A DNA stretch of 54,516 nt from Candidatus Pacearchaeota archaeon (GTDB lineage Archaea > Nanobdellota > Nanobdellia > Pacearchaeales > GW2011-AR1), in the NCBI GenBank assembly GCA_018303945.1, contig JAGVXD010000005.1, forward strand, positions 1-54,516, read 5' to 3'. Both the position numbers and the translations under genes were made by a program. Below, one piece after another: positions 48,474 through 54,516 of the stretch; position 1 is the stretch's first letter, and each line of letters starts with the position of its first letter. The notes below the pieces were generated by a model. That model made no database searches. It saw only the letters and a list, made by a program, of their open reading frames with translations, and had not been told where the DNA came from.

Positions 48474-49028
48474 TTATAAATTTAAGAGAATAAATATTCC
48501 AATAGTATTTAGCAAAAAGCTTAGAATTATCAATTTGTCCAGCTTAACCCGCGTTAAACCTGCAAGCATTAATATACCTATCTCGTCGGGAAGAGGAGAA
48601 GAAATGACCAATCCTATCAATGCATATAACAAATAAATTTTTATATATTTGCTTAAACTTTTCTTAATAATTGCCTCTCCTTTTACAAGAATAGAGTTTC
48701 TGCTTAGTCTTAAGAATTCATCCTTTAAGGAAAGTCTAAAAAAACTAAAAATTAAAATATCTCCTATTAAAGCCCCTATTCCTCCTATTACTGCTGAAAG
48801 AATTATATTTTCTGGTTGCGATACAATAAAAAATCCCACAGCTATTGGGGTGGTAAAGCCAAAAGAAAAAAATAAGCCGAAGACAAACGTTGCAAGTAAT
48901 TTATTGTTTTTTTCAAGACCAATAAAAAAGTTTCCTATGTTTGCATTGCTGAAAATTATGTATGCGGCAAAAATTATTATAATTAAAATAGTAATCTTTG
49001 GATACTTGAATTTGTGCAGGCTCAGCAT
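48474..49028 (-). CDS. integral membrane protein
   Basis: multiple TMs, SPLPDE motif. Confidence 0.7.
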   Translation of the reverse strand: MLSLHKFKYPKITILIIIIFAAYIIFSNANIGNFFIGLEKNNKLLATFVFGLFFSFGFTTPIAVGFFIVSQPENIILSAVIGGIGALIGDILIFSFFRLSLKDEFLRLSRNSILVKGEAIIKKSLSKYIKIYLLYALIGLVISSPLPDEIGILMLAGLTRVKLDKLIILSFLLNTIGIFILLNL

Positions 49029-49116
49029 GAATATTCAAACAATCACACCTATAAAAAAGCAGCGAAAATTCTGGAAAAAACACAAGTTTAATATAGTATA
49101 ATATCCTTTCTTATTT

Positions 49117-49482
49117 ATGGAAGTTCTTTTAGATACTAATTTTATCCTGGCTTGCTTAAGAAGGAAAATAGATATCGCAGAATCTCTTGGCGATTTGGGT
49201 TTTACACCAGTAATACCTAGAGAAGTAATGCAGGAACTTAAGGACTTAAAGCTAAAATCCAGTAGAACTGATAAAGTGTTTATCTCTCTTGCTCTTGAGA
49301 AATTCTCCTCTCCAGATTTTAAGAAAGCTAAAGTTGGAGGAAGAACAGTTGATGAAGGCCTTATAAGCAAAGGAAAAAGAGGAATATATATTGCTACATT
49401 AGATTCCGGAATAAAACGCATGGTGCCAAATAAGATTATAATAATCGATGCATCAAATGGTCTTTCTGTAGAAAGAGCGTAA
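49117..49482 (+). CDS. PIN domain protein (Fcf1/Utp24-like)
   Basis: VLLDTNF, EL, VDE, IATLD. Confidence 0.85.
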   Translation: MEVLLDTNFILACLRRKIDIAESLGDLGFTPVIPREVMQELKDLKLKSSRTDKVFISLALEKFSSPDFKKAKVGGRTVDEGLISKGKRGIYIATLDSGIKRMVPNKIIIIDASNGLSVERA

Positions 49483-50132
49483 CACACCATGTGCGTCATA
49501 AATCTTATTTGATGTCAAAGTGTCTGACAAACCACACACTTCACGTGGAACACTTTGAGCAATAAAAATTTCTATCTATTAATTTCTAAGGAGTAACAAA
49601 ATAGAAAGGTTTAAATACGTATTATTCATAGAAAAAATATGAGTTCAGAATTCAATTCAGTACAATTAAGGGAAAAATACGCAGACTTTAATGGCAAAAT
49701 AAAACAAAGGAAAAGGAGACAATCAGGAAATCAGATTTATTCTAACTGCAAACAGGCAAGGACTTACTGAAACAGGAAGATTTGCTCTAGGACTTATTAA
49801 TCCTCATTCAGACTATGTAAATGGGGCATTAAATCTTACTAAAGCGAAGGATGCGCAAGGCAAAGATGTAAATGGAGCATATGAAGCTATCTCAGGAAGT
49901 GGAGTAATTGCTGTAAAAAGAAAACTAGGAATTATAGGGGCTAGAATGACACAAGAACAAGTTTTGAATCATAAAGGCTGGAGAATGTTACTAAGACATC
50001 CTGATGAAGTTCCTAAAGAACTTGCAGAAGATTTTGAAGGAGCAAAAGAGTATATAGGCAAGGTTGTTTTCTCAAAGTATGATCAAGCAATGGGAATGTT
50101 CCCTTCAGATGGAGAAACAGTTCCAACTTTAA

Positions 50133-50222
50133 GGGCGTGGTTCGTTAGCAGGCTTGATGACTGCAGCAGGTCTAATGCTGGTGGCAGGTGCGGGCTTGAT
50201 AATGACAATGGTTGCTCGGTCG
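50133..50222 (+). repeat. DGR variable repeat (VR)
   Basis: 90 bp matching 50601-50690 with 11 mismatches, all at TR adenines. Confidence 0.96.
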
Positions 50223-50227
50223 GTGTA

Positions 50228-50240
50228 GCGCCAGAGGCGC
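50228..50240 (+). other. DGR target-recognition hairpin candidate
   Basis: GCGCC-AGA-GGCGC immediately 3' of the VR. Confidence 0.65.
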
Positions 50241-50600
50241 CAAACGCACTCGACACAAATGTTCAGCAAGTGAAGGCATATAGCCCTGCAGATTTAGCTA
50301 CTTTTGATAATGCTGTAAGAGGACTAGAAGGCGTTCTTAATCCTGCTTTGCTTAGACCATTTCAGCAATTGAGAAGCAAACTGTAAGTTCCTATTTACTT
50401 CTTGGAAATATACATTTTATCAGATGAATGTTTTTATAGTCTATTCTGGAAAGCATTATGTCCTAGCTAACTATGCAACAAGGATGCATAGGGCAGACTG
50501 GGCTACACGTCCTTTCACTAAGGCGAGAAATTGCTATAAAATACAGCCATGACAGCAATGAAATGGCAGTGAGTTTGATAAAGTGAAAGGGCTACTCTGG

Positions 50601-50690
50601 GGGCGTGGTACGTTAACAGGCTTGATGACAACAACAGGTCTAATGCTAATGACAGGAACAGGCTTGATAATGACAATGGTTGCTCGGTCG
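50601..50690 (+). repeat. DGR template repeat (TR)
   Basis: AAC/AAT-rich copy of the VR, 30 bp upstream of the RT. Confidence 0.96.
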
Positions 50691-50720
50691 AATAGAATAG
50701 TCTGCCGTTAGGATTTTATA

Positions 50721-52166
50721 ATGCTATACACAAAATTATGCTCTTATGAAAATCTTTTCAGCGCTTATCAAAAAGCAAGACAGGGAAAGACAAAGAAGCA
50801 TTATATTCTGACATTTGAGAAAGAGTTGGAAAAGAATCTTAATCAATTACAAATAGAGCTTATAACTCAGACTTACAAGCCAAAGCCTCTGAGAACATTT
50901 ATCATAAGGGATCCAAAAACTAGGAAAATATCAAAATCACGATTTAGGGATAGGGTTATCCATCACGCTCTAATCAATATCATAGGTTCGGATTTCAGCA
51001 AGGGTTTTATTTATGATTCTCATGCAAATCAGATAGGGAAAGGAACATTAAAGGCACTTGAAAGGTTTGATCATTTTAAGCGCAAAGCCTCAAAAAATGG
51101 AACTTGTCCTTGCTATGTGTTGAAGGCAGACATAAGACATTATTTTGAAGAAGTAAATCATAGTGTGCTAATATCAATCCTTAGAAGAAAAATAAAAGAT
51201 GAAAAAGTAATCTGGCTTGTAAAACAGATTCTATCAAATATATCTGAGAATCCATCGGGGGGGGGGGGCGAACGCCTCCAAGGCATGCCTCTTGGCAACT
51301 ACACTTCTCAATTTTTTGCCAATGTATATCTTAATGAACTTGACCAATATGTTAAGCACATCTTAAAGGCAAAATATTACATTCGCTATGTGGATGACTT
51401 TGTTATTCTTTCTCATTCAAAACAAGAGCTTGAATTATACAAAGAGAAAATTGATAGATTCTTAACAGAGATACTGCATCTCAGTTTACATTCCGACAAG
51501 TCAAAAGTGTTGATGCTTGATCAGGGTATTCCCTTTCTCGGATTTAGGATTTTTACACATAGCAGGATAATAAGAAAGGCAAATCTAAGAAAATTTCAGG
51601 GAAAATTTCGGGAATTTAAGACATTATATAAAGAAAGACAAATAAACAGAGAGCAGGTTGTGGAAAAATTAGAAGGTTGGATGGCATATGCAAGACAGGG
51701 CAATACTTACAAATACAGGAGAAAGCTACTCCAAAGATTCAACAAAGATTTTCCAATTAAGAATAAAAGTCAAATCATCCTATCTAAAAAGATAACTAAT
51801 TTTTTCAGAAAGTATTATTCAAGCAAGGTGGAGTTTAGTGTTCAGAAAACATTGTTTCTTCTCAGGAAAGGATTAAGCATAGAAGAGATAGAAAAAGAAA
51901 GATGCCTAAAGCAGGGAACTGTCTGGGAGCACGTTATAAATCTTATAGAGCATGGACAATTAGCTGTTTGGAATATCATGCCTAAAAAGAAAATTGTTTA
52001 TTTATTGCAAAGAATAAAAGATCCCGAAGAGCCTCTTAAGCAGATCAAGGAAAGAATATATGATCAAAGAATAACGTATGATGAGATTGCTTGTGTGAGA
52101 GCACATATGAAGATGAAGGAGAAAATAAAGAAAAGCAATAGCCTTAAACACGCAAAGAGTCACTAG
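50721..52166 (+). CDS. DGR reverse transcriptase with C-terminal HTH-like extension
   Basis: PKTR.I, FRDRVIHH, ADIRHYF, GMPLGNYTSQFFAN, YIRYVDDF, FLGF; extra C-terminal GLSIEEI..ER.LK..TVWEH. Confidence 0.95.
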   Translation: MLYTKLCSYENLFSAYQKARQGKTKKHYILTFEKELEKNLNQLQIELITQTYKPKPLRTFIIRDPKTRKISKSRFRDRVIHHALINIIGSDFSKGFIYDSHANQIGKGTLKALERFDHFKRKASKNGTCPCYVLKADIRHYFEEVNHSVLISILRRKIKDEKVIWLVKQILSNISENPSGGGGERLQGMPLGNYTSQFFANVYLNELDQYVKHILKAKYYIRYVDDFVILSHSKQELELYKEKIDRFLTEILHLSLHSDKSKVLMLDQGIPFLGFRIFTHSRIIRKANLRKFQGKFREFKTLYKERQINREQVVEKLEGWMAYARQGNTYKYRRKLLQRFNKDFPIKNKSQIILSKKITNFFRKYYSSKVEFSVQKTLFLLRKGLSIEEIEKERCLKQGTVWEHVINLIEHGQLAVWNIMPKKKIVYLLQRIKDPEEPLKQIKERIYDQRITYDEIACVRAHMKMKEKIKKSNSLKHAKSH

Positions 52167-52200
52167 GCAGGCAAAGAAGAATATGGTGAGTGACTGTTTA

Positions 52201-52220
52201 GCTATTCTTGCCAGAATAGC
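52201..52220. terminator. hairpin between convergent genes
   Basis: GCTATTCT-TGCC-AGAATAGC. Confidence 0.35.
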
Positions 52221-52266
52221 GTCGGAAATAATTTATTACCCCTAAATGTGCCTGCTGAATTCCAAG

Positions 52267-54516
52267 CTATTTCAGAAGATTTTTCAGCTTTCTTAAAATA
52301 AACCGAGAATCTAAAGTTTCTCCAAATGTTTTGTAACTTTTTACCAAATTCCGATTAGTGACTACAAAAAACCAGTCATCATACTTGCTATTCAGGTTTC
52401 TTACCTTTTCAGCAATCATCTTTCTGTCCTTTTTTAGATTAATTCCTGTCTCAATCTCAATAGCATATCTCTTACCATTGTGGCTGAAGACAATATCAGG
52501 CATTCTGGTTGTATACATCTCTGCATTTATTCCTCTTAGTTTAAGATAATCTACAATATCATAAATTACAAACATATGATTCAAGCTTTCATTATGTCTT
52601 GGCTTTAATATATAATCTTCTTGCTTGCCAGACACAATGCTCTTTTGAGAAAATAGTTTGTAGCCTTCATTGATTAGATATTTAACTTCATCCTTATTCA
52701 ATTCTTTTTCTTTGTAGAATCTTTTATCCAAATCAACATTTATACTTGCTCCTCCATTGTTTCTTTTTTCAACCACTTTTTTATCAAGTATCTCATCAGC
52801 ATTAGTTGTAATTATCTCATTTTCTTCTGGAGAAGCAACTACCTTTATCTTGCTATGCTCATCTTCCATAATAAGAAGCCCCTCACCAATATTTGCAGTC
52901 AAAAGATGCTCCCTCTCAGAAGGGCTTAAATGAAAAGCTTCGCAAATGTTCTTTATTACTGAAGGTTTCTGTTTTAATAGCATAGTATAGGCAGAATTAG
53001 CTAGAACAGATTTACCTGCTCTTGAATTGAACAGATCTTCTACTTCTTGATTTATAAGCAATAAGCCCATATTGAACTTTCTACAGGTCTTTACTATCTC
53101 AAGAATGTACCCTGCGTCTTCGGTTCTGCTCAATAAAGACCATGCTTCGTCTACCAAGAGAATCTTTCTGCTTATGTCTGACTTCATTTTCATATAAACA
53201 TAATCCAAAACAAGAAACATCACGACTGGTTTGATCTGCTTAGGCATATTTCCAAGATCAAAGCAAACTAGATTATTGTTAAATTTAAGATTAGTGTGCT
53301 TGTTTAGAAAGCTAAAAACTCCTGAGACATACATATCAAGCCTATTAATCACGCTCCTAAGAGTGGCGTTCTCTATTTGTGTGGCTTTTTTGACGAGTTT
53401 TGTTAAAGATTCCAATAAATCTTCCATAATTGGAGGCTCATTACTCCAAGTATCAGATATCATGTTTATCCCTTTATCTGCATAAGCATTAGTTATCGCT
53501 TTGTCTAAAAACGCCTTTTGTGGCTCTGAAAGTCCTCCCAACATAACAGGCATTAAATCCATGAGACTTAGGCGCTTTTCAGTATAGTCATGCCCCATAA
53601 GATCTAAAGGATTAATCAAAGTATTAGACTCCCTGGAAAGATCGATTATTTGCCCACCAAAGCGCTTTACAAGGGCTTTGTACTCTCCTTGGGGATCAAT
53701 TATAATGACTTTCGTGCCATTGAGCAAATAACGTGTAATGAGGAGTTTGCAGAAGTAAGACTTGCCACCCCCTGATTGGGCTAAGACTACTCCATTAGGA
53801 TTGGAAAGCTTGAATATATCTTTAATTATAGGAATATTATTCTTATTAAGTCCTAGCCAAACTCCAGTATTATCTGCTTGCAGGAATTGGCTTGTAAATG
53901 GGAAAAATGCAGAAAGAGCTCTAGTGGTAATATTTCGGTTGACTTTTACCTCATCCATTCCTAAAGGCAAGACCGATTTAAAGCCCTGAATCATTCTGAA
54001 TTTAGCAACTTTGGGCAAAATCATTATGCTGTTTAGCTCTGCTTCTACCTTCTTAGTCAATAAATCTAAGTCGGATACTGAATCTGCTTTGCAAGTTACA
54101 TATAAGCTGATATTAAACAGACGTTCGTCGCCTTTTTGTAAAGTTTCAAGTGTGCTTCTGGTATCGTTATATTGAATTTCTAATGAAGGGTTAATAATCC
54201 CCTTAGACTGCATTGCATAGAGATCTGCTCTTTGTTTTTGAAGCTCTTTGTTTAAGTCTACCAGCATATGTTCTATAGGATATGGCTTGATTTGCAGGCT
54301 TAGATTAAAATCTCCCAGTAGGCTAACAATCCTGTCTAAAAATCCAGGCTCAACAGTTCTTGGATAACCTGAGGCGTAAATTACTCTATAAAAACTCTTA
54401 TTTATATCAAGGTGGTTAATGTTATTATTAATCTCGATGAATTTCTTCTGATTATCTTGCTTTTTTGGAATAAATTTTAAAATTAACTCCTGTAACTGTT
54501 TATTGTTCAATCGTTC
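52267..54516 (-). CDS. VirB4/TraC-like ATPase, probably 5'-truncated by the window edge
   Basis: AQSGGGKS, IIDPQGEY, INPLD, LVDEAW, RKF; C-terminal PDIVF...AIEIETG. Confidence 0.85.
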   Translation of the reverse strand, partial: ERLNNKQLQELILKFIPKKQDNQKKFIEINNNINHLDINKSFYRVIYASGYPRTVEPGFLDRIVSLLGDFNLSLQIKPYPIEHMLVDLNKELQKQRADLYAMQSKGIINPSLEIQYNDTRSTLETLQKGDERLFNISLYVTCKADSVSDLDLLTKKVEAELNSIMILPKVAKFRMIQGFKSVLPLGMDEVKVNRNITTRALSAFFPFTSQFLQADNTGVWLGLNKNNIPIIKDIFKLSNPNGVVLAQSGGGKSYFCKLLITRYLLNGTKVIIIDPQGEYKALVKRFGGQIIDLSRESNTLINPLDLMGHDYTEKRLSLMDLMPVMLGGLSEPQKAFLDKAITNAYADKGINMISDTWSNEPPIMEDLLESLTKLVKKATQIENATLRSVINRLDMYVSGVFSFLNKHTNLKFNNNLVCFDLGNMPKQIKPVVMFLVLDYVYMKMKSDISRKILLVDEAWSLLSRTEDAGYILEIVKTCRKFNMGLLLINQEVEDLFNSRAGKSVLANSAYTMLLKQKPSVIKNICEAFHLSPSEREHLLTANIGEGLLIMEDEHSKIKVVASPEENEIITTNADEILDKKVVEKRNNGGASINVDLDKRFYKEKELNKDEVKYLINEGYKLFSQKSIVSGKQEDYILKPRHNESLNHMFVIYDIVDYLKLRGINAEMYTTRMPDIVFSHNGKRYAIEIETGINLKKDRKMIAEKVRNLNSKYDDWFFVVTNRNLVKSYKTFGETLDSRFILRKLKNLLK

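Larger units (their letters stand above)
49639..50386 (+). pseudogene. DGR target gene, frameshifted near 49700
   Basis: ATG 49639 frame stops at 49770; second frame is open from 49703 to 50386 and contains the VR. Confidence 0.75.

Noticed and set aside
49515-49558. 9-bp inverted repeat TCAAAGTGT/ACACTTTGA upstream of the DGR
   Set aside because: Single short stem with no partner elsewhere; cannot support a function.
50721-52166. Group II intron or retron RT
   Set aside because: The VR/TR pair with A-specific mismatches and the GxxxSQ motif identify a DGR; no intron domain V or retron VTG motif was seen.

Overview
AT-rich archaeal chromosome segment, most consistent with a DPANN (Pacearchaeota/Woesearchaeota-like) organism. 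The basis is family B polymerase, FEN1, RFC-S/L, Trm5-like MTase, L41e-like protein, intron-containing tRNAs and TATA-type promoters. Several accessory modules sit among the housekeeping genes. (1) A tightly coupled operon at 14.3-21.0 kb encodes an AbrB-like regulator behind a perfect 27-bp palindrome, a hypothetical protein, five repeat proteins that all end in the same (L/F)ExxLE(E/D/G/N) tail, and an SNF2 helicase fused to a class I SAM methyltransferase domain. This is the best candidate for an undescribed system. (2) A diversity-generating retroelement (DGR) at 49.6-52.2 kb has a 90-bp VR/TR pair differing only at TR adenines, no avd gene, an RT with a C-terminal HTH-like extension and an internal G12 tract, and a frameshifted target. 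A second, unrelated DGR-target-like pseudogene lies at 26.6-27.2 kb. (3) A complete 3.6-kb transposon (25-bp TIRs, 8-bp TSD) carries an MvaI/BcnI-type restriction-modification pair. (4) An exopolysaccharide locus encodes a HAS/IcaA-like GT2, a nucleotide-sugar dehydrogenase, two deacetylases and LamG proteins. (5) There are small structured repeats, including a 136-bp duplicated element and an in-frame palindromic insertion. All family assignments come from reading motifs by eye; no searches were run.
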